A stretch of 64,000 nucleotides of DNA from Felis catus (Eukaryota), in the NCBI RefSeq assembly GCF_018350175.1, contig NC_058368.1, positions 195,922,001 to 195,986,000 on the forward strand, given 5' to 3'. The number at the start of each line of letters is the position of its first letter. Positions within the stretch are counted from its first letter, which is position 1. The notes below the pieces were generated by a model. It did no database searches, was not told where the DNA came from, and was given only the letters and a program-made list of their open reading frames with translations. Position numbers and translations under genes: made by a program. This document shows, in pieces, positions 12,582 to 24,902 of the stretch.

Positions 12582-12887
12582 GAAGTGTTCTGGTTCTGGA
12601 ATATAGTGACTCTTACTGACTATGACTATCCAAAGGATCTAGAACACCAGCCTGAAAATAACCCACTTTTTATGTTTATTTAAATAAATCCTGTTCCAGT
12701 AAAAGCTAGGTACTTCATTAATTACAGGTCAAATCTGACCATAACCAAAGTTTGTTCATCTAAAAGATTTTCTAAAACCTTCATTTCAAATTTCATGACA
12801 GCTTAGGAATTTCGACAGTTGCATAGAATGCTCTTTGGTAGTTTTGGCCTGATGGTAATAAAGATTTCGAATAAAAATAAAGCCTCT

Positions 12888-13072
12888 GGGGGCGCGTGGG
12901 TGGCTCAGTCGGTTGAGCATTGGACTCTTAATTTCAGCTCAGGTCATGGTCTCATGGTTCATGGGATTGAGCCCTGCATCAGGTTGGGATTTTCCCTCTC
13001 CCCTCTCTCTACTCCTCCTCCCCGCTCACTCTCTCTCTCTCTCTCTCAAAATAAATAAACATTAAAAAAATA
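12888..13072 (+). mobile_element. Can-SINE in RBM22 intron 4
   Basis: Consensus head, (CT)n, A-tail, flanking AATAAAGCCTCT duplication. Confidence 0.88.
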
Positions 13073-13196
13073 ATAAAGCCTCTGATACCTAGAAAGCTGG
13101 AGGAGGGAACAACGATGTTGTATTCCATGTGCATGTTCAATATGGATTTGTTTTAAAATGTATCTTGAGGTTTTTTCCTCCTTTCCTTTGTACCAG

Positions 13197-13297
13197 GCCT
13201 GCCCATCCAGGTTCGGGATGCAGGATTGTCTTTTAAGGATGATATGCCAAAGTCAGATGTCAACAAAGAATACTACACACAGAATATGGAGAGAGAG
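13197..13297 (+). CDS. RBM22: RBM22 exon 5
   Basis: (G)[37 protein letters not shown]. Confidence 0.96.
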
Positions 13298-13398
13298 GTG
13301 TGCTGCCACTTTCTTGATGTAATTTTATATTTGGTAAAATCCTAGTGGATTGATACAGTCTGTGTAATTTATCTTTTGAACTTGTCGTCCCTCTGTAG

Positions 13399-13571
13399 AT
13401 TTCTAACTCTGATGGAACACGGCCAGTTGGCATGTTGGGGAAAGCCACATCCACCAGTGACATGCTACTCAAACTAGCCCGGACCACACCCTACTACAAA
13501 AGGAATCGACCCCACATTTGCTCCTTCTGGGTAAAAGGAGAATGTAAGAGAGGAGAGGAGTGTCCGTACAG
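13399..13571 (+). CDS. RBM22: RBM22 exon 6 (start of the CCCH zinc finger), GC donor
   Basis: [57 protein letters not shown](R). Ends AG|GCAAGA. Confidence 0.95.
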
Positions 13572-13676
13572 GCAAGAGCTGAATTCCATTTTCATTATTT
13601 GCTTGTAGATAATTAGTCATCTAAGAAATGGGAGATGCTAGCTTAAACTATTTCTGCTTTAAAATCTACAAGTTTA

Positions 13677-14086
13677 GGGGCACCTGGGTGGTTCAGTCGG
13701 TTAAGCCTCTGACTTTGGCTCATGATCTCACAATTCGTGGGTTTGAGTCCCATGTCGAGCTCTGTGCTGACAGCTCAGAAGCTGGAGCCTGCTTTGGATT
13801 CTGTGTCTCCCTCTCTCTCTTTGCCCCTCCCCTGCTTGCACACACTCTGTCTCTCTCTCTCAAAAATAAATATTAAAAAAATTTGGGGCGCCTGGGTGGC
13901 TCGGTCGGTTGGGCAACTGACTTCACTCGGGTCATGATCTCACAGATTGTGAGTTCGAGCCCCATGTCAGGCTCTGTGCTGATATCTCAGAGCCTGGAGT
14001 CTGCTTTGGATTCTGTGTCTCCCTCTCTCTGCCCCTCTCCCACTCACGTTCTGTCTCTCTCCTTCAAAAATAAACATTAAAAAAAA
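13677..14086 (+). mobile_element. Two tandem Can-SINEs in RBM22 intron 6 (starts 13677, 13885)
   Basis: Two consecutive consensus copies with A-tails. Confidence 0.9.
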
Positions 14087-14848
14087 TTTTTTTTTAATAT
14101 TTTAAAAATGTGATAAACAAGTTTATGCAATTAGTGTCGTATATCTCATGTCTTAGGACTATTAAATTTAGAAGAGCTTGATTAAATTGTTTTTACTTGT
14201 AATGGGACTTTTACTTGTAACCAGGCCTTGGGAAACTAAGTTATTTTGCCATATAATACGATGTTGACTCTAAAAGTTTCTGCCTGAGAAGTATGTCATG
14301 GTTTAAATCTCAGTGTGTAGTTGAAATCAGAGGAAGGCCAGACCTCTCACGGGTATGTGAGTATGTTTCAGTCAAGACCGCCAAGCGTCTGGATCAGAAG
14401 TTCTTGATTGGGTATTGGTTAACCCCACACCCACCAAAAAAAAAAAAAATTATCTATACTTTTTTCTGGGGCTGGTCCACAGCCTTAATGAGACTCTCCG
14501 TGGAATGCAGGACTTCAGGTTCGTTAAGAACCATTGCCCTAGAGAAGGGTAACCATGTTTTGATTACTTTTTGTTTTGAAGCAGAGTGTGCCAAAAGCAT
14601 TTCTTTATAAGGAAACTCTGTTACCGTAGATGGTCATTTAAATGGCTTTTAGGAGGCTGGCAAGTGTTTGTGTGATACAGTAAATCCTTTTGGTGTTAGC
14701 TTTGTTGTGTTACTTATGTTTTGGTATGGCCATGGTTTCTAGTTCAGAAGGCATTTCAGGGTATATGTACGTAGCTACTATTGGGTGATAACCTGTAAAT
14801 TCTTTTCCTTTGTTTTACCTTCATGTGTTGTTCTGTCTTGAACCATAG

Positions 14849-15049
14849 GCATGAGAAGCCAACAGATCCGGATGACCCCCTTGCTGATCAGAACATTAAA
14901 GACCGATATTATGGGATCAATGACCCTGTGGCAGATAAGCTTCTAAAGCGGGCTTCAACAATGCCTCGTCTGGACCCACCAGAGGACAAGACTATCACCA
15001 CGCTGTATGTTGGTGGTCTAGGCGATACCATTACTGAGACTGATCTAAG
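14849..15049 (+). CDS. RBM22: RBM22 exon 7 (start of the RRM)
   Basis: [66 protein letters not shown](R). Confidence 0.97.
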
Positions 15050-15688
15050 GTTTGTAGATAAAATTTTATGAGCTCTCTGCTTTTAACTGCCCTGAAATAC
15101 TTTTTTGGGCAAAACACAGGCAACAGGATAATTCTGTACAAAGTACATTTTTCTTTAGCCTCTCTATAGTTATGCTAATTAGTCATGCTAACAAGAATTT
15201 TTATAAACGTGTCCTTTCTCTTGCCAGAATAGTAATGTTCATCAGCAGTGCTTATAGTGCTTACCTGATCTTTCCACGTGATAATAATCACATGAGATTC
15301 TATTTGACCTAATAGCCAAATAGGGTCTTTTAAATATGGCACATATCCAAGAATGATTAATTATGTCAAGGAGGGAGAACTTGGCAGTTATAAAACTCTC
15401 ATGGTTTAAATTGTTGGCTTTTTAAAGAGGTTTCTGTTTGCTATGTTTATATTATTCTTGGCTTGTATTTTGCTTGGCCAATGGGACATCTAGACAGATA
15501 GTGATGGAAATTACCCCTTCCAATTACCCACTTATCTCCTATAAGTGTATAACCGGCCCTTGGTAGCCTGTCTCCACTAAACCCGGTCTAAGTGAGCTAG
15601 ACAGTCCCTACTGCTGGCCGACGCTTTCCCTGCCCCTCCCTTTTGTTTCATTGTTATTGTTGTTACATAGCCTTAAAAAACTTTTTTA

Positions 15689-16126
15689 GAGGTGCCTGGG
15701 TGGCTCAGTTAAACGTCTGACTTTAGCTCAGGTCATGATCTCGCGGTTCATGAGTTGGAGCCTCGCATTGGGCTCTGTGCTGACAGCTAGGAGCCTGGAT
15801 CCTGCTTCAGATTCTGTGTCTCCCTCTCTCTCTACCCCTCCCCCACTCACACTCTGTCTCTCTGTCTCTCAAAAATAAATGTTTAAAAAGATTAAAAAAC
15901 GGGGCGCCTGGGTAGCTCAGTCGGTTAAGCGTCTGACTTCAGCTCAGGTCATGATCTCATGGTTTGTGGGTTCGAGCCCCGCATCAGGCTCTGTGCTGAC
16001 AGCTCAGAGCCTGGAGCCTGCTTAGGATTCTGTGTCTCCCTCTCTCTCTCTCTCTGTCCCCCCCCCCCCCACCCCGTTCATGCTCTGTCTCTCTCTGTCT
16101 TTCAATAATAAATAAACGTTTAAAAA
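15689..16126 (+). mobile_element. Two tandem Can-SINEs in RBM22 intron 7 (starts about 15689 and 15901)
   Basis: Two consecutive consensus copies. Confidence 0.9.
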
Positions 16127-16503
16127 ATTTTTTTTTTCTTTTTTAATTAAAAAACAAACTTTTTACAATGTTCTTGGCTCATGAGCCGCGGGGCTGAGTT
16201 TGCCAGCCCCTTATGGAGTGTTTAGGGTCCCTACGAAACCTGGATACTGGAGCCTCTTTTCCTCCATGGAACAATCCCTGAAATGTTTGTAAACCTTTAT
16301 TTACTCACTATTTTTCTTCTACTGTCTCTCAGTAAGTAGTACCCACAGTAGGGCAGGGTACTGGGGGAATTACCTGCAGGTAGTTAGGCAGATGGCCAGG
16401 GGGCCACCTGCCTTGTGTGTGAGTGAGTGCAAGAGTGAATAATCCACTGCAACCTCCTGGGAGTGTCATTAACTCTCCTGTTTCTCTGCCTGTATCCCTT
16501 CAG

Positions 16504-16668
16504 AAATCACTTCTACCAGTTTGGGGAGATCCGGACGATCACCGTCGTACAGAGACAGCAGTGTGCATTCATCCAGTTTGCCACGAGGCAGGCTGCAGAG
16601 GTGGCTGCGGAGAAGTCCTTTAATAAGTTGATTGTCAATGGCCGTAGACTCAACGTGAAATGGGGAAG
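16504..16668 (+). CDS. RBM22: RBM22 exon 8 (RRM)
   Basis: [54 protein letters not shown](R). Confidence 0.97.
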
Positions 16669-17386
16669 GTGAGAATTGGGCTTTTTTACGATGTCTTTAT
16701 TGAGATTTTCAAGGAAGTGTTTCATTATCTGGGGGCTAGTATGCTTTTGGTGAATGGGTTTAAGTCAATAGGACCGTTAAAAACAATGTTTCATTCTCTG
16801 ACACTTCTCTAACACTGTGGACATTGGGAGGATCCTGCTTTGGAAATTTATTCAGGGCTTTGCCGTTGTAATCTACTCCTTTGAAGGTTCTTACCTTTTG
16901 TGACCAGCTATTATAGGCCAAATATAACATCAGGGCAAGAAAGATTGGATTTGAGAGTTTACAAATGCATTAGACCTAGTTTCTGCCCTCTAGGGGCTGG
17001 TTGTCCAATGGAGAATAGCTAATTGAAGTTTGAAAGTGATGATTGCATAAGAGAGACTCAAGTGAAATACCCTGAAGGTTCAAAGGGAGAACATGTTTCC
17101 AGCTTGGCACTAGGAAGGAGCGCCCCTTGTGGGTGCTTCCTGTGTGCTGATTAAGCACTGCGCCAAACACACATAGGTCGCTGCTTCTTGTCCTTAACAG
17201 CATTTCCAGCAGAGTTTGAATCCAGGTCTTTCTGGCTTTAAAACATTTGCTTCTGTCTACTCTGCACTGTGGCATTTAGGGGAAAAGAGTATTCTCTGAA
17301 AAGGAGGCAAGGAGCAAAGGAACTCTATTTGACTGGGAAACATGAGAAGCAGAGGTGTGAGAGAAGGTGGGAAAGAGTGCTGACAT

Positions 17387-17409
17387 TGTGTGTGTGTGTG
17401 TGTGTGTGT
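17387..17409 (+). repeat. (TG)11 microsatellite in the exon 9 acceptor region
   Basis: Directly visible, ending 11 nt before exon 9. Confidence 0.95.
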
Positions 17410-17420
17410 CTGTCGCCCAG

Positions 17421-17509
17421 GTCCCAAGCAGCCAGAGGAAAAGAAAAAGAGAAGGATGGAACCACAGACTCTGGGATCAAGCTAGAGCCTGTTCCAGGAC
17501 TGCCAGGAG
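17421..17509 (+). CDS. RBM22: RBM22 exon 9
   Basis: [35 protein letters not shown] donor. Confidence 0.96.
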
Positions 17510-17719
17510 GTGAGTGCAAACTTCCTGCCTACTGGGTAGCTTGCTGACTTCAAATGCTCACACCGCCCTGCTGTTCCTCAGTGTCAGGAGAGACCCAGGC
17601 AGGTCTCTGGCTACTGTAGCAACTCTTTTCCCCCAGCAGGAGCCCCGGGCTTAAAGGAGGTAGAAACATTGTTGCACGGTCATCTTCCCTTTGACCCTTG
17701 GCTGTTTTCTCTTCTCCAG

Positions 17720-17851
17720 CTCTTCCGCCTCCTCCTGCAGCCGAAGAAGAAGCCTCTGCCAACTACTTCAACCTACCCCCAAGTGGTCCTCCAGCCGTGG
17801 TGAACATAGCCCTGCCGCCACCCCCTGGTATTGCCCCGCCCCCACCCCCAG
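17720..17851 (+). CDS. RBM22: RBM22 exon 10 (proline-rich)
   Basis: (A)[48 protein letters not shown] donor. Confidence 0.96.
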
Positions 17852-18701
17852 GTAACATCCATCTTCTTTCTTAGTAAATAGGTCTCATTTAGCCCAGAAA
17901 AATCTTTGTGAGAGTCCTGTCTCCACACCTCATTATCGTGGCTAAATCCTCTGAGTTTGCCCCATAGAGGTCTGCAAGTAAGCCTGATTTGTTAGGATCC
18001 CTGATCTTTCATTTTTTTCCCTGGCCTGCCAAGGAGGAGAAGGTTGCCAGTTTTCTAAAGATCTGAGTGTGTATGATCAGAATGGGAGTTACTGGATTAT
18101 AGTTATCGCTCATCAGTTTGTCCCCTGTTTGGCTCAAGTTACATTTGACTTTATCTTGGGGTGGCGGGGGCAGTAATAAGCAGTTCCAGGACCAGCACTT
18201 TGTGTAGCGCTGCTCTAGAAAATGTCAGTGGCCATCTGAACAGTGTAGGTAAGTGACAAATAGCTGGTTCTCCTGTGGCAGAGTTCCCATACTCTGTAAC
18301 AAAGTCCTGGTTTCTGAACACTTTCCATTCTAGTATAAAGCATTGAGGTTGGTGGTGACAGAGTCTGGCATCAGCCTGGTTCCTTCCTCACTTCCCAAAT
18401 CCTGATTGCATCCTGTCTGGTAGGCTTGGCATGTTAGGCACCAAAGGCTCAGATGACATACTACCAGATCCCTTTGGGTCCTGTGGAGTTTTCTTTTAAC
18501 CTGGTCTGAGGGGAAAGCTTTCTAAAGCCGAGGAAGTACTACAGGTAGACATGCCTAAGCAAGTCTGTGAACTGACATTTTCTGAAGCCCCTTGTCAATT
18601 TGACTTACGGCTAGGTGGTTTTGACCTTAGAAAGATTCACAGGTTTGAAAGGTTGTCCAGGAAACGGCAAGCCTAACAAATTTGTCCTCTCCCATCTGCA
18701 G

Positions 18702-18832
18702 GTTTTGGGCCACACATGTTCCACCCAATGGGACCACCCCCTCCTTTCATGAGGGCTCCAGGACCAATCCACTATCCTTCTCAGGACCCTCAGAGGATGG
18801 GAGCTCATGCTGGGAAACACAGCAGTCCCTAG
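18702..18832 (+). CDS. RBM22: RBM22 exon 11 (last coding)
   Basis: (G)[42 protein letters not shown] (TAG 18830-18832). Exon lengths sum to 1263 nt = 420 aa. Confidence 0.97.
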
Positions 18833-19830
18833 CACACTATCAGCACGCCAGGGCTTTACAGAAGAAAGGGCGCTCAAAAATCCCAGTAAATGAATCTTGG
18901 AATAAATATATTTTTTCCTTCCTTTGTAGTTTCCGTGGTAGCTGAATGTGTTCAGATGTGGGCAGTCGGAGAACGACAGCCATGCTTTCCTACACGTGTT
19001 CCAAGGATTGATGGACCTCAAATAAGCTGCCATTAACACATCTGGTTACTGCTATAACATTGCTAATAAAACTCAATGCCTGTTCTCCTTACTTGTATGG
19101 CGAACAAGCGACTGGGTGAATTGGAATGTCTAACGGAGTTACCATCCCAATTATATGTTCATTTTGTATCTTTTTTGGGGGGGAAAAATTGACCTGCGCT
19201 AAGATCTTTTTGACCATTTTTATGTCCATTGGGTACTTTTCCTTTTTATCATCTGAGAAAAGATTACTAGTACTAATCATTGTAGTGGCATGAGTGTGAT
19301 TTAACACTTCGGAAGTCACGTTCTCAAGGAGACAAGTAGAAGCCAGCACCCAGCACAGCCCAGATCCTTCCTTACCTCTCCTCTCCTCATTTATTACTAA
19401 AGGCATCTGGCGGCTAGTTTCACTTCTCTGCCCTGCTAAAACAAGATGAAAACAAAAACCGCTTTCTAGTCCTATCAGTCGGATGGAAACACCGATGTCG
19501 TGGAGCTCTGTATTGTTGAAGAAATCTGGCGTCTGGGATGAAATGATTTTAAAGAGCTTCCCGTAAACCATGTGAACAAACTGTGAAGTGGAAGTGGCGG
19601 CGTGCGTCGGGCTGGAAGGCTGTGGCCCGCGGCTGGGACTGTCCTCTAGCATTCACCCTCGTGTGTCTTCAGCGTCTCTCTCCTCGTAGTCCCCTGCTGC
19701 TGGGCAGAGGACTCTGTTTGGTCTTAGAATGTTTGGATATAACTGAATTGTAGACGGCAAGAATAATTTGATGTTGTGTTGTGTGTTTTTGTTTTTAAAA
19801 AATTAAAACGGGTCAATTTTCCAAACGTTG
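18833..19830 (+). terminator. RBM22 3' UTR with candidate poly(A) signals
   Basis: AATAAA at 18901-18906 and 19065-19070, ATTAAA at 19802-19807. Confidence 0.6.
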
Positions 19831-20829
19831 TCATAGGCTTATTTCTAGATTTTTGTGCTTTGTCCTTCGGTAGCTCACCTTGAGGTCAGTAGCAGTTAGA
19901 ATCAAATTATGTATAAATGTAAGTTTTTGGCTTTAGACTGTTCCGATTTTTATCTCTGTATCCATTCTAGGATGGGAAAACGGCCCAGGCCTTTTTCATA
20001 AGTGCTTGTGGTTAGTTGTGAGGTTGGAATAAGAGAATGCACAGAAGGCACTTGGCACGGAGCTGCCAGGAGGTGGTTGAAAAATGGGAGCTTTAAAAAG
20101 TCACTGCCATATTATCCAAGTCACTTTAAAGAGAAACAAGCAAAAATTATCCAAAAGTCTATTTTTCCTGAAGCCAATTCCATGTCACTTGGGTAAACTA
20201 TGTATTTCTGGGATGGACATAACCCACAGGACCCTTTTTTAACTTCTCTGGAGAAAATTGTTTTTTCCTCTAGAGAGCTTCCTCTGGGTTGCTTGCTTTT
20301 TTTTATTTTTATTTTTGTTTTTTAAAGATTTCAAAATTAATCTAGAAGGACTTAGAAAATTTGATTTAGTTTCTAGTAATGCCAAATGTGAATCGGTGAG
20401 GGTACTTCCAAGTATTTTGACACCGTTTGGGGTAGGGTTTGTTTCTGTTTTGGGCCTACTTTTGAACCTGTAAAAGATTTTTAGCCAATTTGTGAATAAG
20501 ATGTGGATTACGTGTAGTGTTTTAATGCCAAGTTTGATTATTTATATCTGTACGTATATATGTATGTAAATATATGACTCCAATTGTATATTCTTTTCGA
20601 GAAGGAGGGGATGCTAAATTTTCTGCACTCTCTGGCTGTGGATATATTTTTTTTTGAAAAGCATAATATGCCAGCATAAGTTGAAGTGTAGAAGCGATGC
20701 TGTCTTTCTTGAGTAAATCAGAATTAAGAGCAATTGGATTTTGACAAAAACTCTTAGGTACTTAACCAACTCCGTTTCCTTTTCCTCTAGGGCACACAGC
20801 TGGGGGTGCACTTGGTGAAAAGTAACCTT

Positions 20830-21090
20830 TGCCATTCCCAGACCAGGTCTGTAAAAACATCTCACCCAATCCCATGAATTCTTTTCCCATCTGGCTAAAG
20901 ACACAGGAGGATGATCCCTCCTCTGGAGGGAGGAAGATGGCAGAGTCACAGTGGAAGGAGCCTGGGTTCCTTATCACTGCTTTGAGGAGGAGAGCATTAT
21001 GATGGGGGGAATTTTTTGTTATAGTAAAGTGTTGAGACCTGGGGATTTATCTGTTACAGCAGCTAGTGTTACTCGAGTAACAGATGTAGT
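20830..21090. mobile_element. MLT1-type (ERVL-MaLR) LTR fragment
   Basis: GAAGATGGCAGAGTCACAGTGGAAGGAGCCTGGGTTCC and a …TTGTTATAG…GTTACAGCAGCTAG end resemble MLT1. Confidence 0.5.
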
Positions 21091-23156
21091 TGAATCTCAT
21101 CACAAAAAAAGAAAAACCCCATTTTTGTTGATAACGAGTAATGGTTTAAACAGATTTGAGCCAGATGATCTGCATTCAGATCCTCACTTCAGCACCTCCC
21201 AGCTGTGTGTGCCCTTGGGCACATTACTTAACCTCTGTCTCCTGGTCATCACGCCTCCCCTCCCAACCCTTCTCGTTGCCTGTGGTATTTTGGGCTGCTC
21301 CCCTCATGGAGGAGGCTCAGAAGGCACTGCATCATGACAACTAAATTAAGGCAGTGACTGCCCATGGGGCAAAGAGTGATGTGACAGATGTTTTAGACAA
21401 GTCAGCGAGCCACCACTGTAACCTGAAATCAATGGAAATAGAAGAGTCAAGGATGACACACACCCCCCCCCCCCAGGTCCCTGGGTTGGTCAGATGGGTG
21501 GAAGGATGCCTTTTCCTGACCGAGAATGATGGTTAGGGGAGGACAGTGAGGTTGGGATGTAGGGGTAGGAAAATGAATCCAATGTGGGGGTTGGTAAGTT
21601 TAACTGGAAGACCTATGGAACTTCCCAGCCCAAAGGGAATTGGAGCTAAAGAAAGACCCCAAGATTTGGGAGTTGGCAATGAAGTAGCATTTGAAGCTCT
21701 TGTGTGTGGAGTGAGATCCTGCAGGATAGGGATATAGAACACTAGTTTTTAAACTTCAGTATTTAAGTTCCTTCAGTGGGTCTACACAAGTTGGTGAGGC
21801 AAAGACCACCCTCCAAGAAACACTAATATGAGATGAAATGGTTTTCTAAGATTAGAAGAAGCTACCCTCCTCAGAGATCCTGAAGTCTTTGTATTCTCCC
21901 TAACATTTTATTATAAAAATTTTCTAACATACAGAAAGGTTGAATTTTACAGTGAGCAGTCACATATCTACTAACCAGATCTACAATTAACATTTGGCCA
22001 TATTTGCTTCAACACATACCTGTCTATTCATCAATCTGTTTTTTATGCATTTCAGAGTAGACTGAAAACAGCAGCATACTTCACCTTGAAGCACTTAAGC
22101 ATTTATATAATGACCTTGAGTTGACAATATTTGTAGATTTTCTAGGTAAAATTTATACAGATCGAAATGCACATATCTTGAATATGCTACTCAAGAATTT
22201 TGACATTGTATCCATCTATGTGACCCAAATCCCTGTCAAGATGTAGAACATTACCATCATTCCAGAAAAATGTCCCCTGTTCTCCCTAGTCAATACCCTG
22301 CCCCCATCAATCTCCAGAGGCAACTACTGCTCTGATTTTTTTCACCATAAATTAGTTTTACTTATTTTAGAACTTTACATAAAATGGAATCATGCATTGT
22401 GAACTCCTTGTATTTGGCTTCTTAACAACATGATGTTTTGGAGGGTCATCCAGGATGTGTATAATTCCTTCTTATTGTTGAGTAGCATTCCACTGTATGA
22501 TTATACCATCACTTACCTTCCATTGTATGATTATACCATCACTTACCTATCAACTTTTTGCTATCATGAATTAAAGCTGCTTTGGATATCCTTGTACACT
22601 TTTTTTTTCTTGGTGAATATATGTTTTTATTTCTCTTGAAATAAATAGAGCGGACTTCCTGGATCACAATGCTGGTGCCCATTTAGTTTTAAAGGAAACC
22701 GTTGGAACTTTTCCCAAGATGGTAGTACCATTTTACATTCCCACCAACAAGAGTTCCAGTTGCTCCAAAACATCACCAAAGTTTCATATAAAAAGTCTTT
22801 TGACTTTTAGCCATTCTGATGGGCATATTGTAGTATTTCATTGTGGTTTCAGTTTGCATTTCCTTTTTTTCAGTAGTTGTTGGTTGTTTATATATCTTCT
22901 TTTGTGAAGTGTCTGTTCAAATATTTTGGCCATTGTTACTGGGTGTCTGTCTTTTTATTAACTAGTTATAGGAGTTTTTAAAATATATGTATGTTCTAGA
23001 TGTTAGTCCTCTGTCAGATATATGTTTGCAGATACTTTCTTCACATCTGTGGCTTGCCTATTAACTTGCCTGTTGGAAAGATGATAAGCAATTTTCTTGA
23101 TGAGCAGAGATTTTTTATTTAATGAAGTCTCATTTATTGTCTAGCATACAAAAATA

Positions 23157-23510
23157 TGTATTAGTTTGCCAAAGCTGCTGTAACAAAGTATTATCAAGTA
23201 GGTGGCTGAGCCAACAGAAATTTATTGTCTCACCTTTCTGGAGGTTAGACATCCAAGATCAAGGTGTTGGTAGAGTTGATTCTTTTTAAGGCTGTGAAAA
23301 TGTGTTCCAGGCCCCACTTCTAGCTTCTGGTGTTTGTTGGCAAGCTTTGGCATTTGTTGGCTTATGGAACTATCACCCCCTGTATCTGCCTCCGTTTTCA
23401 CATGGTTTTCTCCCTGTGTATACATCTACTGTTTCCAAATTTCCCCCTTTACATAAGGACACCAGTCAGATTGGATTCAAACCCACCCCACTGACTTCAC
23501 TTCTTCGTTG
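23157..23510. mobile_element. MLT1-type MaLR LTR nested in L1
   Basis: TGTATTAGTTTGCC..GCTGCTGTAACAAAGTA..AACAGAAATTTATTGTCTCAC..TTCTGGAGG..TCCAAGATCAAGGTGTTGG. Confidence 0.75.
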
Positions 23511-24349
23511 AAAAGCTTTTCCTTTGTTAGGTCTTTTACATTTCCGTATACATTCTAAGATCAGTTTGTTAATTTCTACAAAAACATAGGGCTATGATTG
23601 GGATTGTGTTGAATTTGTAGATCAATTTGAGAAGAATCGACATCTTAACAGTACTGAGTCTTCCAGTGCAGAGCACGGCACGTGTCCCCATCGCGTGAAG
23701 TCTGCTGTAAGTTCTCTCAGCAGTATTTTACATCATCAGCGCACAGGTCTGATGCAATATTTGTTACATTTATCACTAAGAATTTTGCGATTTGCTCCTA
23801 TTGCAGCTGGAATTTTAAAAAACGTACTTTCTAATGATTTCAGCTAATACATAAAACTGAATGGGTTTTTGTATATCAACCCTGTATCCCGTGACCTTGC
23901 TTAACTTCACTCAGTAGTTCTAGTACTTGCTTTATAGATTCCTGTGATGATCTATGTAAGAATAATATCTGCAAATATGGACCAGTTTGCTTATTTATTC
24001 CCAATCTTCATGCCTTTTATTTCTTTTTCTATTTTTTTTTTTTTTTTTTTTTTTTTTACTGAACTGGCTAGCACCTTGAGTAATATATTAAATAGAACTG
24101 GTGAGAGTGGACATCTTTATCTTGTTCCCAATACTGAAATACTTCAGCATGTTACCATTAAGTATGATATTAGATGTAGATTTTCTTTTGTAGCTGCCTT
24201 TTATCAGACTGAAGAAGTTACCCTCCAAATTCTCTGAGAATTTTCACCGTAAACAGCTGTTGAATTTTGTCAGTCCTTTTTTTATGCCTCGTGTGGTTTT
24301 CTCTTTCACTATGCTAGTGTGGTGAATTACATTGATTTTTAAATCTTTT

Positions 24350-24529
24350 AGATTACGTTTGTTTATTTATTTATTTTGAGAGAACAAGCAAGCTAGGGAG
24401 GGGCAGAGAGAGAGGGAGAGAATCCTAAGCAGGTTCCGTGCTGCCAGAGTGGAGCCCAACACGGGGCTCGAACCCATGAACCATGAGATCATGACCCGAG
24501 CCAAAACCAATTAAGTCACTCAGGCGCCC
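24350..24529 (-). mobile_element. Can-SINE
   Basis: Reverse-complement consensus ending CAGGCGCCC. Confidence 0.85.
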
Positions 24530-24902
24530 TGACATTGATGAATTTTTAAATGTTAAAGTAACCTTGCATTTCTGGGATAGACCTAACTTCGTCATAATTT
24601 ATTTCTTTTAAAAATTTATTTTATTTTTTCTACTCTTACTGAGATACAGTTGACACTGTATTAGCTTAAGGTGTACAATGTGATTTGATACTTGTATTTA
24701 TAGCAAAATAATTATCAAAGTCAGTCCAGTTTATATCCATCACCTCACATAGTTACATTTTTTCTTGTGATGAGAACTTTTAAGATCTATTCTCTTAACA
24801 ACTTTCAAATATGCTATATAGTACCATTAACTATAATCGCCATGCTGTACATTACATCCTTAGAACTTACTTAACTTGTAACAAGAAATTTGTACCTTTT
24901 GA

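Noticed and set aside
19089..19652. 187-aa antisense ORF
   Set aside because: Lies on the opposite strand of the RBM22 3' UTR, with no recognisable protein features or exon context.
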